A stretch of 62,724 bases of DNA, filler included, from Chiloscyllium plagiosum (GCF_004010195.1; 5 parts of one record of this genome joined end to end with filler, not necessarily neighbours in it), one strand, 5' to 3'. Positions 12,891-25,011 are shown, numbered from the whole stretch's first letter. Notes: generated by a model from the letters alone, not told the origin. Translations and numbers: made by a program.

Positions 12891-13780
12891 TGTTTAAAAA
12901 AAAGTATAATTCAGTTTCTGGTCTGGTCTGATTTGAGGTTTTTAAACAAAGTAGGAGATCTATATAGCAGGACAAGCATTTATTCACAGTGAACTATTAG
13001 AACATTATTTCCAAAGGGATATGCATGAATACCTTTGTAATGATAAATTGTTGACTGTGAACTTCCATTGCATCATAGTATCAGCAATCAGCAGCCTCTG
13101 ACATACAAAGAGATGTAAGTGAACAGCGAAGTACAAAAGGTGTCCCATTACAACATCATTGTCGGGACACTCAACAAATCAGAGATGGTTCTATTCCGGT
13201 AAGTGTAGGGTATTGGTAGACCAGCAGCAGGTGCAAATATGGAAAGCAAAAGAGTTCCCGGCTGCCAGCCAACATTAATTTAAATTCATCTGGCTGCCAG
13301 ATGTGGAAGACCTAAGTTAAGGCAGCCAGTGACTAAAGACCAACGTAAAAGTTGCTTCAGCTTGACATAATCTCTATAATTTACAAATGCATTGCATAAC
13401 TGACAAATTTGGATGTCTAAAAACTTGAACAGATTGTCTTTAGAATGTAGACTGAATGGAAAGTTGAAGGTGCCTTTATGCATAAAGTACTTTGTTTCAG
13501 AGGAGTACAGTGTCCAGTTTTACTGTAGAGACTCCAGGGTTAATTTTAACCGCCTTGCAAGGTGGCAATGAGGCTTTTTGAAAGTCAGTGTGTCACATTC
13601 ATTCTCGCTGCGACTATGGTCGGGGGTTCCATTTGGGCTGTCCTAATTGTGAAATCCTACCTCTTTGAGATTTTGATCACATCTGACCTAATATTTCCCT
13701 GTTTGCCTCGATAAAGCTCTTTTGAATCCCTCTGGAAGGTTTTATTGCATTAGAGGGACTGAGATGTGCCCAATTTGAGT

Positions 13781-14090
13781 GGGGTGGCACAGTGGCTCAG
13801 TCGCTAGCACTGCTGCCTCACATCGCCAGGAATCCGGGTTTGATTCTGCCCTCGGGCAACTGTCTGTGTGGAGATTACAATCCTCCCTGTGTCTACATGG
13901 GTTGCCTCCGGTTACTCCGGTTTCCTCCCACAATCCAAAGATGTGCAGGTTAGGTGGATTGGCCATGGGAAATTGCCCACAATGTTAGGTGCGTTAGTCA
14001 GAGGGGTGTGGGTTACTCTTTGGAGGGTTGGTGTGGGCTTGTTGGGTCAAATGGCCTGTTTCCACACTGTAGGGAATCTAATTTAATCTA
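13781..14090 (+). mobile_element. HE1-type V-SINE, full length
   Basis: A-box TGGCACAGTGG, decayed B-box, V-domain, (AATCT)n tail. Confidence 0.9.
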
Positions 14091-14192
14091 GAAATTTTTG
14101 AAAAGGACACACATTTTTGTAGAAGCTTTTCACCTTTCACTCATCAGGAAAATTCACAGGACTTTCAGTAGGGAGGAAAACCATCATTTATA

Positions 14193-15456
14193 TATTTTTC
14201 TTTCTTTTTTTTTGGAACAATCTTTTGTTTTTTTTTCTTTTTTTTACCCCCACACTACTACCTAAGTGCGGTAGTGCTTATTATTATTTTTTTTCCCAGC
14301 ACCCATGGTGTGTGTGTGCAGGTGTGAGACACAGTGTAAGGCACAATGTGCACGAATCTTTATTCAAATTCCACCACCAGGAAGATAGGAAAACACCCGG
14401 GTGGCCAGTGACAAACACTGCCCTTCACATCAAAGGGCAGTGCTCTCCTGTTTATTTTTTTATTTTCTTTTTTTTCTTGTTTACAGTGAAAGACACAAAG
14501 TGCATGAATCTGTATTCAAATTCCACCCCACTCCTGTTTATTTTTTATTTTTTTTTATTAATTTTTTTTCCCCCAGCACCCATGGTGTGTGTGTATACGT
14601 GTGAAACACAGCGAAGGACACAAAGTGCACGAATTTTTTATTCAATTTCCACCACCAGGAAGATAGGAAAACACCCGGGTGGCCCTTCACCTCAAAGGGC
14701 AGTGGTGTGTGATCAAAACAGTAAGGGGAACCATCATTTATAATTTTTTTTTCTTTTTCTTCTTTCTTTTGTGTGAATCCCTATTTATTTATTTATTTTT
14801 TTGTCTCGTCTTATTAACCCCCACACTACCACCTAAATGCGGTAGTGCTTATTTTATCCCCAGCACCCATGGTGTGTGTGTATACGTGTGAAACACAGCG
14901 AAGGACACAAAGTGCACGAATTTTTTATTCAATTTCCACCACCAGGAAGATAGGAAAACACCCGGGTGGCCAGTGACAAACACTGCCCTTCACATCAAAG
15001 GGCAGTGGTGTGAGATCAAAACAGTAAGGGGAACCATCATTTATATATATATTTTTTTTCGAATCTTTATTCCTGTGTTTATTTTTTTTTTCTCTTTTAT
15101 TTTTTCTTTTTTTTCCTTTTTTTTGTGTTTTTTTGTTTTTTTAACCCCCACACTACCACCTAAGTGCGGTAGTGCTTATTTTATCCCCAGCACCCATGGT
15201 GTGTGTGTGTGCAGGTGGGAGACACAGTGAAAGACACAAAGTGCACGAATCTTTATTCGATTTCCACCACCAGGAAGATAGGAAAACACCCGGGTGGCCA
15301 GTGACAAACACTGCCCTTCACATCAAAGGGCAGTGGTGTGTGATCAAAACAGTAAGGGGAACCATCATTTATATATATATATATATTTTTTTCTCTTTTT
15401 TTTTTTCTGCCTTTCCCATCAAAGGGCGACTGTGTTTATTTTTTTTTTTTTGTTTT
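14193..15456 (-). repeat. Tandem array of Tx1-LINE 3'UTR copies (~150-210 bp cores) separated by poly(A)-like tracts
   Basis: Units at ~14245-14445, 14483-14528 (partial), 14570-14722, 14817-15025 and 15143-15353 are near-identical to the 3'UTR at 15457-15665. Confidence 0.92.
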
Positions 15457-16185
15457 AACCCCCACACTACCACCTAAGTGCGGTAGTGCTTATTTTATCC
15501 CCAGCACCCATGGTGTGTGTGTGCAGGTCTGAGACACAGTGAAAGACACAAAGTGCACAAATCTTTATTCAATTTCCACCACCAGGAAGATAGGAAAACA
15601 CCCGGGTGGCCAGTGACAAGCACTGCCCTTCACATCAAAGGGCAGTGCTGTGTGATCAAAACAGTGGAGGGGTGGGTAGGGACTAAATCAAAATAGAGTT
15701 GGAGGGAGAAATGATGCACTCCACTCCCTGCGGTGCCCACCTCTCCCTGAACAACTCCAGGGTGTTGGTGGACACCGCATGCTCCTTTTCCAAGGACACC
15801 CGGGCTCTAACATAACCACGGACGAGGGGCAGGCAGTCGGCCCTAACGACCCTCTCCACGGCCCGCTGCCTGGACCTGTTGGTGGCCAGTTTGGCCAGGC
15901 CCAGGAGCAGACCCACGAGGAGGTCTTCAGACCTGCCCTCCTTCCTCCGTACCGGGTGCCCAAAGATCAGGAGCGTGGGACTGAAGTGCAGCCAAAAACA
16001 GAGGAGAAGGTTTTTCAGGAAATCAAAAAGGGAGTGCAAACGCCCACACCCAATATATACATGGTCCACGGACTCCACAGCGCCACAGAACAAGCAGTTG
16101 GGCTGGGAGTCCGTGAACCACCGCAATCTGCGGTTGCAGGGTACTGCTGCGTGCAGCACCCTCCACCCCAGATCCCCGAGAGAAA
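15457..16185 (-). mobile_element. Young 5'-truncated Tx1-clade LINE (ORF2 C-terminus with CCHC zinc finger, plus 3'UTR)
   Basis: Open frame of about 165 codons: DLGWRVLHAAVPCN...CLFCGAVESVDHVYIGC...LLLGLAKLA..., stop at 15683. CpG-rich, indicating a recent insertion. Confidence 0.88.
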
Positions 16186-16999
16186 GGGAAACCATCATTT
16201 ATACTGTGTGAAAGGAGAGTGATGATTGGTTGTCAAATTGACTCTGATTGGTGAAGATATTGAATAGAGAATGAAACAGTTAATGATGATTGACTGTTAA
16301 CTGTTAGGCTTTGTTTGGATTTTAAACCAGGCAGGTTGACTCTGGTCAGGGAGAGAAATAAGCCCACGAAATGGCTATCACCAATTTTGTTAAATTGAAA
16401 TAGGTGGCAGTGACATGTATACTTTCAGGCTGCAAAGAACAAAGCCCTGTGGATTAATACATGTGACTTGCAATACTCACAATTGTGCCACTCAGAAAGT
16501 CTGACTGACAGTGTTAAGTTTCTTGTCAGTGTAAGTTTTGCATGCTCAGCGTTACCCAGCAGATGTAAACTTGCAGCATCCACTCTAAATATTAATTTAA
16601 TAAGCACAGGTTTGCAAGGTATAGTCAATAAAACATTTTCTGGATTGTCCAGTGTGTGTAAAGAATGAAACTGACAATGAAGTTTGGATTGTCAGTCAGG
16701 CTTAGCCAGGAAAATGAACTAAAGGTTACAGATGCAAAGGGAGTACAGTCAGTTGCAATCTATGGTAATCAAAATTTCTTAATGTTTCTCATTTAAGAAA
16801 CAAGAATTCCCTTGAGGGTAAAAAAAGGCTCTATCACAATTGGCTAATACTTCTGACTGTTCATAAATACTTATGCAAAGTCATTCAGCCTCAAATCCAG
16901 CCACTATCAGGTTTTGTGGGCCTGGCTACCATGTCTCATCATTGCCCCAACTTTCTCAGTTTCGTTATCGGCTCCCTCAGCCTATCAGTCAGATTCTGC

Positions 17000-17760
17000 C
17001 TCCTTATGCAAGGTGACAGATGGCTGCCCTATGTTCCCCCATCTCTAACATGTCAGCCCATCGTTCAGCTGGGCTGCTTAGGGAATGCGAAAAGGTCACT
17101 GACCTGGACACGCTGTCCCAATGAATACTGAGTGTCTCTCCTGTGTGTTCCAGGCAATGGAAACATGTCTTCAGTAGTCTGCAGGATGATGACCGTATTG
17201 GATATGTGGGCAGCACTGTGTCTGATTGATGTCAATCTGAGGAGTTTGTACTGGGTTTATTAGCCTTCTGAGGGTGAGACGTAGCCGTGGTTTGGGTGAT
17301 GCTGATGAGGCAAGCATTTGAGGAACCTGGGAATTGTACAGAATGTAAGCATCATGACATCCCCCAGAAAGCTGGCACCCACTTACAGGAATTGTTGCCC
17401 GTCGGTCACAAAGAAGCTGGCCATTGAGGCAGTGGGATCCTGTTCCAGCTGGACAATGCCTTGGAGCACCACCGTGAGCAGTTGGTAGTGTCTGGATCCC
17501 AGTGTTGCCTGTCAATCTAATGGCTCAGCTCGTCTCTCTGGGTCCATGGTGAAATGAACAATCTATGCTGCCATACTGTAACAGATCTTGGTGAACTCCT
17601 GAATGCTGATTGGGAGATGGCACACATGGCTCCAATTAAGGTTCACAAGAACCCAAGAGATGGGAAGTTCAGTGCAGCTCTGACCTTTAGCACCACACCC
17701 AGAGAGTTTCCCAGCTGCAGCCCACAACTATAGGTGACAATCATGTGACAATGGCTCTGG
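17000..17760 (-). mobile_element. Decayed Harbinger transposase covering the DDE region
   Basis: VLKVRAALNF...AMCAISQSA; GSHCLNGQLLCD...GGCHDAYILYNSQVPQM (cf. GFHSLNVQLVCD...PGSCHDAFIL); LLKTCFHCLEHTGETL (cf. LLKMRFRCLDRSGGAL). Confidence 0.85.
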
Positions 17761-17773
17761 AACAGTCAGGTAG

Positions 17774-18261
17774 GTAAAAACAATGACTGCAGATGCTGGA
17801 AACCAGATTCTGGATCAATGGTTCTGGAAGAGAACAGCAGTTCAGGCAGCATCCGAGGAGCTTCAGCAAAATTGACGTTCAGCAAAAGCCCTTCATCAGG
17901 AATAAAGGCAGAGAGCCTGAAGCGTGGAGAGATAAGCTAGAGGAGGGTGGGGGTGGGGAGAGAGTGGCATAGAGTACAATAGGTCAGTGGGGAAGGAGAT
18001 GAAGGTGATAGGTCAGGGAGGAGAGGGTGGAGTGGATAGGTGGAAAAGGAGCGGGGCAGGTCGGACAAGTCCGGACAGGTCAGGGATCGAGTTGCTGGAG
18101 GTTAGAAGCGAGGATGAGGTGGGGGAAGGGGAAATGAGGAAACTGTTAAAATCCACATTGATGCCCTGGGGTTGAAGTGTTCCGAGGCGGAAGATGAGGC
18201 GTTCTTCCTCCAGGCATCTGGTGGTGAGGGAGCAGCGGTGGAGGAGGCCCAGCACCTCCAT
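17774..18261 (-). mobile_element. PLE 3' fragment: end of the GIY-YIG endonuclease domain plus terminal repeat
   Basis: TTRCLEEERLIFRLGTLQPQGINVDF is a typical PLE C-terminus, followed by a decayed CTGATGAAGGGCTTTTGC.GAACGTC motif. Confidence 0.85.
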
Positions 18262-18408
18262 ACCCTCTTAGCAATGGTTGAGTCTGGGGGACTTGTTAAA
18301 CTAATTAAGACTACTATTTCTTAAAAAACATGTAAATAATGTATAATTTTTAAGTGTAATTGCGCAACTTCATCACGGAACACAGAAGCTTCAATCTCTG
18401 TGTTGCTG

Positions 18409-18508
18409 NNNNNNNNNNNNNNNNNNNNNNNNNNNNNNNNNNNNNNNNNNNNTTAATTAATTAANNNNNNNNNNNNNNNNNNNNNNNNNNNNNNNNNNNN
18501 NNNNNNNN
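18409..18508. other. Artificial gap/linker (44N-TTAATTAATTAA-44N)
   Basis: The 12-mer gives stops in all six frames; total length exactly 100 bp; identical at four sites. Confidence 0.95.
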
Positions 18509-19290
18509 TTTGGGAAAACAAATCTTAGCAGGACTTATACACTTAATGGTAAGGGCCTTGGGAGTGTTGCTGAACAAAGAGACCTTGGAGTGCAGGTTCA
18601 TAGCTCTTTGAAAGTGNNNNNNNNNNNNNNNNNNNNNNNNNNNNNNNNNNNNNNNNNCTTTCCTTTATTGGTCAGAGTATTGAGTACAGGAGTTGGGAGG
18701 TCATATTGCGGCTGTCCAGGACATTGGTTAGGCCACTGTTGGAATATTGTGTGCAATTCTGGTCTCCTTCTTAACGGGAGGATGTTGTGAAACTTGAAAG
18801 GTTCAGAAAAGATTTACAAGGATGTTGTCAGGTTTGGAGGATTTGAGCTATCAGAAGAGGCTGAATAGGTGGGGCTGTTTTCCCTGGAGAGTCGGAGGCT
18901 GAGGGGTGATCTTATAGAGGTTTACAAAATCATGAGGGGCATGGATAGGATAAGTAGACAAAGTATCTTCCCTGGGGGGGGGGGGAGTCCAGAACTAGAG
19001 GGCAAAGGTTTAGGCTGAGAAGGGAAAGATATAAAGAGACCTAAGGGGCAACCTTTTCACAAAGAGGGTGGTACGTGTATGGAATGAGCTGCCAGAGGAA
19101 GTGGTGAAGGCTGGTACAATTGGAACATTGAAAAGGCATCTGGATGGGTATATGAATAGGAAGGGTTCAGAGAGATATGGGCCGGGTGCTAGCAGGTGGA
19201 ACTAGATTGGGTTAGGATGCCTGGTCGGCATGGACAAGGTAGACCGAAGTGTCGGTTTCCATGCTGTACATCTCTATGACTCTATGACTG
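18509..19290 (+). mobile_element. CR1 LINE 3' fragment
   Basis: Near-identical family to 47596-48400 and 2015-2840; CTATGACT tail. Confidence 0.92.
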
Positions 19291-19294
19291 TGAG

Positions 19295-19858
19295 TCTTCC
19301 ACCCTCGGAAAATGACCTTGGCTATTCACCCTATGCATGCCCCTCATGATTGTATAAACCCCTATCAGGGGTTCATACAGTTTAATATAACATTCTCTTA
19401 TTTATCTGTATGACCGATAAATAGAGAAACTTGCAAATTACAATAGTGAACTTTCTGCACACTTGTTCTCCTGCACTGTGTGCATCACTGGATTCAATCA
19501 CCAGTCACAGCTCACAGTTCATCAATGTGTTAAGAGAACAAAGAAAATTTACAACCCAGGAACAGGCCCTTCGGCCCTCCAAGCCTGTGCCGATCCAAAT
19601 CCACTGTCTAAACCTATTGCCCAATTCCTAAGGATCTATATCCCTCTGCACCCCACCTACTCATGCATCCGTAAATGACTCTACTGTGCCTGCCTCTACT
19701 AACGCTGCTGGCAATACGTTCCAGGCACCTACCACCCAAGCACCAGGGATTTAGAGGGATATGGGCTGCTCAATGGCACTGGATCAGATTGGGATATCTG
19801 GTCGGTGTGGACAAATTGGATCAAAGGGTCTGTTTCTGTGCTACATGACTCTATGACC
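19295..19858. mobile_element. Cluster of short CR1 3' fragments (minus at 19295-19365 and 19530-19740; plus at 19745-19858)
   Basis: Matches to the CR1 3' ends elsewhere in the window. Confidence 0.75.
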
Positions 19859-20033
19859 TTATGTGTTCATCAACATCATGTGTGGAAAGGAACTTGCTGG
19901 TTCTACCACCCTGCTGAATCACTGTGGGGTGGAAACTGGACTGAGGATATTTCATTGTTGTTTGTGTGTTCCCACAAGTTCAAAAATAATCAAGTTTTAG
20001 ACACAGAGCAGAATCAGATTTTGGATCAAGTGA

Positions 20034-20358
20034 TTAGACTAGATTCCCTACAGTGTGATAACAGGTCCTTTGGCACACCAAGTCCATACCAAGCCTCCAA
20101 AGAGTAATCCACCCAGACTCATTTCCCTACATTTACCCCTGACTAAGGTACCTAATGCTACGGGCAGTTTAGCATGGCCAATTCACCTGGCCTGCACATC
20201 TTTGGATTGTGGTAGGAAACCGGAGCACCTGGAGAAACCAACGCAGACATGGATAGAATGTGCAAACTCCACACAGGCAGTCGCCCGAGGCTGGAATTGA
20301 ACCTGGGTCCCTGGCACTATGAGGCAGCAGAGCTAACCACTGAGCCACCATGCCACCC
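20034..20358 (-). mobile_element. HE1-type V-SINE, full length
   Basis: On the minus strand: GGTGGCTCAGTGG A-box, GGTTCAATTCC B-box, V-domain. Confidence 0.9.
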
Positions 20359-23300
20359 TAGTGCTTTGGTCAGAGGTACTTTCCATGCCAGCTATAACCA
20401 ACTTGCCAAGTCAAGCTAATTAAGTATTTTAAAAAAAAATCATGGTACATTCTAAAAATGGCCAGTTTTCAAACAATAATGGGTTTTAGCCAGTCAGTTT
20501 TGAGAGTGAGCACCTGTGTCTACAGCCTCTCCACCAAGTCACACAGCAGGCTAATTGGAAATTATATTGTCATTCTTTCATTGGCACTGAATTCTGAAAC
20601 TCCCTCACCAACAGCACTGTGGGAGCACATGGACTGCAGCAATTCATGAAGGTGACTCTCACACACCTTTTCTCATGGAAATTATGATTGACCAATAATT
20701 GCAGACCTAGCCAGTGATGCTGACATTTCAGGATTGAATAACAAAACTACTAACAGGTTTCATGTATTTACTTGTTGGGTTCAATCAAAGAAATGTCAGT
20801 CAGATTGAATAAATGTCAAATATGAAAGCTAGATTGTAAAAAGTGTGTATTTAGGTCATATGTCTATATTGTGTACAAGTATGTTGAATATTTAAATAAA
20901 TAAAATAATATGCAAGGTGTGAATATAGTCCTAAATGGTTAAAAAAGTATGTATTATGTATTAGATTTATCTTAAGATATTTTGAATTTGATTAAGTGTC
21001 AATTCTTTCATTGGTTGAAATGCAAATGTGAAGTTGGCAAAATGACATTTTCAAAAGAAAGAAAGCACCAAAGTGTTATTTAAAAGTGACTGGCAGTAAG
21101 TAGAAAAAGACAAACTTTGAGAAATTAAGTTGAAGGTACAAGACAATTTGATGGAATATGGTAAGCGCAGAGCTGGTTAATGAGATGAAATATAAAATGA
21201 GAAGTTTAGGGTGGTTAGATGGAAGGGAGTGGCACGACAAAGGTTGGAGAGGAAACCCAAAAAATAATGACTCCAGTAAAGTGTGACAGTCTAGGATTTA
21301 AGCTCACTGAAATCTTATATACTGACCCTAAAATCTCAGAGCTAACTCATTTCCATGAAGCAGACAACAGAAAGGGGAAGGGAAATTTGAGGAAGAGTCA
21401 GAGCAAGGACACAATGTCGAGGTGCCCATTACCCTGTAAGTGGGTCGTAACATGTCCAACAATATAAAGGGCCACATGCATTCTAAAGGAAGGCGCTAGA
21501 CAGACAGAAACAATGGTAGCTGCAATATAAGGACATCTGCATGTCACTTTTCAGGCCTGCTGTTGAACCCCTATCAAAAATCAGACATGGGGAGTGATTG
21601 ATGTCGGAATACATGAGATGAAGCTATCAAATGGAGCAGAATGATTCGTGTGGGCTTGACTGGCACTTCAGTACCCTTAAAGCCGTCCTTAAAGAAGCTT
21701 AATATCACACCAGCAGTAAATGTAAGTTGTTAACTGCATATTACAAAAGCAAATAAAACATAAGAACTAGGAGCAGGCTATCTGGACCATTGAGCCCCCT
21801 CTACCATTCAATAAGATCATGGCTGAAACCAGAAATGTAAAAGTAAAATAAATGACTGCTTACCCCAATATTCAAGCAATGTTGGGGCATTATATGACAC
21901 CTTTCTCTTACTGCAGAGGGAATGGTAGTTGGTAGCAATCATGTAAGATATTTCAAATCCTATCACGGGATGAACCTCTCAAAGTCCTGACTCCCTTATG
22001 CCTACCCTTACCATTCTGTGAATCCTGTCAGCTTGTAGTTGTAAAATCAGGAGACTGAAGCAAATAAGTAACAAATATACATTCCCCTACAAGAAAGGAT
22101 AATAAGTGTCACGGAAAGGCAGGCCACAAGGGAGCAAACTGCATAAACCTATACTTCAATTCACCATGAAGGGGAAGCATTAGCAATCACAGAACTACAC
22201 TTTCTTCAAGATGCATCAAACCAGAAAGAAATACCAAGATTTCCTGAAGATGGGCAAAATACTGCAGGCACATTAGATTCCAATATCACAAGTGCAGAAA
22301 ATGAGATTTTCACTCTCTCCCAGGCTAGGAATTCTTAGGTCAATTTTTAGGTTGCGGGAAGGACAGCCTGAGTAGGTCTAATGCTGTTTGGGCTGAAAGG
22401 GTAGTGGAGCTGAAAAATCAGCAAGTGTAGAGTAATGTCCTGGAGAAGGAGCAAGAATGAAAGAAAGAGAAATACTCTCTGAGAGTGGTTAAGAGTGTAT
22501 GAGTGTGGTATTTAACAAACAGGAGTGGAGAGCCAGTCAATATCAAGAATCAGGGCTACATATACAAAAACATATCTTAAACAGTTAGATTGATATTGTT
22601 TAAAAGCAAACTTATAAACAAGGGGAGGAAAGAAAACACACAGAAACACAATATTAAAAAAAAGTTGTAGAAACAGGAGTCAACAAGAAAACACAGCATC
22701 AAGTTACAAACAGAAACATGGGGAATTGTGTATGTTTATAAGTGGCAGCAGCTGGAGTAATAAAAGCACAAATATCACGAGAAGGATTTTGAAAATGCCA
22801 GAAGGAGGTAAGGTTGAAAAAGAACTGTAATAATATGAATAGAGAAAACACTTTCAGAATGTGGTAAAAACACAAATACCAGGAACATGACCCACAACAA
22901 ATCAAAACACATGTGCAACTGGTGGGGGCAGGAAAATCAGAAACAGTAGGGACACTCAAAAAGAACAACTAACACCAGGAGCAAGATCAAATAAAAAAGG
23001 AATAGCACTTCAATTTTAAAAAATATGAGCTACAGTCTAAGACAAAACCGTGGTGCGTGGTTTGTGTGGAACGGCAAGCCAGTGTTAAGATATAGATATA
23101 TAACAAATGTAACTTAATTAGTGAGAGGGGACCTGAGACATGCTTGATTAGAGGTTGCCAAGTACAGGTTCCCTCTTCAGTACCACTTCAGAATATACCA
23201 TTGTCATTCTTGAACCACTCTTTCTCACCCAATAAACAAACTTGCCCATTCCACTGTGGCAGCTACCTTCCTTTTTTGCTTCTCACATCTACTTTGTGGC

Positions 23301-24149
23301 TCCTGTCTTCTACTTTTCTTTTTACACACTCCTCTCCCTCTGTCTCATTGTTTACTATTGTTTCACATCCATTATCTCTCCTAGATACAGTGAATACTGC
23401 TAAAACCTAGCACACATGGTTATTTCTATACATCCTCTTTGAAAAACTTTCTCACCTCCATATCATGATCTAAATCTCAGTCCATTCTCCTTTATTCCTA
23501 TATTAACTCACCATAGGCACTAAATCTCTGCATGCACCTTTGTCCTCAAACTTCATCCTTCCATCCTGCACTGATTTGATATTTCTTGTTTTGTGTTGTC
23601 CATTTGCCCCTTGCTGGCTGTGACTCTTACTCTCCACTCTAGCGACATGCTCCTAATCCTTTCTGTGGCTATCAGTCCTACCATGAAACATTTCTACTTC
23701 CCCCATCTTATGTACATCACTGCCCTCTGCTTTCTCTTGATTCCACCTTCCTGGCTGTTCTTCTCTCTGGCTTTGTCCATCCTCTCTTAAATCCCCGTCA
23801 TCACACCCTCTAGTTACTCCCCCATATTCCAGTAGTTGCTGCTTCCTTATATCTGCCTCTCAATGCCTTTTTCTTCAAAGGTCCTTTACCTATTCATTAG
23901 ATTCTGTCCACCAGAAGCTCCTCCCCACATCCCTAAATCCCACTTTCCTACCCCCATCATTTTTCTAGCTAACACATAATCCTCTTCTTTGCCTGTTTCT
24001 CTTCTATTCCGCATTCCTCCATCTCTTGGTGTTCCACAATCTTCCATGTATTGAACTCATGAGCTCAATTTTCCCATTTTTTTTTGGCTAAGTGTCAGTT
24101 TCAGAGGGTTTCGTGGAAGGTTTCTCTCCCTGGGCCCTGGCAACTTTTC

Positions 24150-24300
24150 TTGTACAATCTTCAGCTGCTCAGCTTGTTAAGTACACATCCCACCTCTCCA
24201 GCATCCTCCTTGTTGAATCATTCAGTGGCGCAGGTCGAATGCTCACCATTGCTGGGACCTTGCTTTTGACACCAGGGAAACCATATTTAAAGGCTAGCCA
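24150..24300 (-). mobile_element. Probable decayed Harbinger Myb/SANT-like accessory ORF start
   Basis: RPAPLNDSTRRMLERWDVY loosely resembles the APRF.D..LE.LL..V..RRDVL start of Harbinger DNA-binding proteins; weak match. Confidence 0.3.
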
Positions 24301-24304
24301 TGCA

Positions 24305-24622
24305 CTAAGAACAAAGAACAAAGAAAATTTACAGCCCAGGAACAGGCCCTTCAGCCTTCCAAGCCTGAGCCAATCCAAATGTACTGTCTAAACCTGTCAG
24401 TCAATTCCTAAGCATCTGTATCCCTCTATTCCCCACCTACCCATGCATCTGTCCAGACGCATCTTAAATGAATCTACCTGGTGGCTAACACATAATCATT
24501 TTTTTGCCCGTTTCTCTTCTATTCCCCAGTCCTCCATCTCTTGGTGTTCCACAATCTTCCACGTGCCTGCCTCTACCACCTCTGCTGGCAACACGTTCCA
24601 GACGACCACCACCCTCTGTGTG
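24305..24622 (-). mobile_element. CR1 3' end containing an ~80-bp inserted copy of nearby DNA
   Basis: Matches 9425-9660 except for 24479-24561, which copies 23968-24046. Confidence 0.85.
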
Positions 24623-25011
24623 AAAGTTCAAACATTTCAAACCAGGAACTGCCATTCAAAGTCAGTGCTCAATCACACACTTAAAGGTGATGGCTGACAA
24701 AGAAATGTTGGTATTCCAGTTCATAGACAGGGACATGGAGATCCCGATGGCTAGGGTAGTTGGCAGTTGGGACTCTCCTCCTTCCTTTCAACCAGCATAG
24801 AGGAAACAAATCTATCAGATGCTGTCCATGGGAACTGTAGGTAAATACCCAGGCTAATGCAGTTTCCACAGACAGAAGAAATGCTATAGGAGGTCAAAGA
24901 CCTTCTGCTCCATAAAAGGAAGGGCCACTGCTTTTCTCTGCTACCTTGAATAACTCTGCCATTACACACTTCTGCCACAAGGTTAATGTCTACAACTCTC
25001 ACTGTTGAATT

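Larger units (their letters stand above)
14095..16400 (-). mobile_element. PLE-derived repeat (14095-14192 and 16190-16400) interrupted by the Tx1 array
   Basis: The left part carries CTGATGAGTGAAAGGTGAAAAGCTTC on the minus strand (decayed hammerhead). The right part resumes after the duplicated AACCATCATTTATA. Confidence 0.55.

Noticed and set aside
15683..16198. 171-aa ORF as a host gene
   Set aside because: Its ATG comes from the duplicated target site; the rest is a 5'-truncated Tx1 ORF2 C-terminus.
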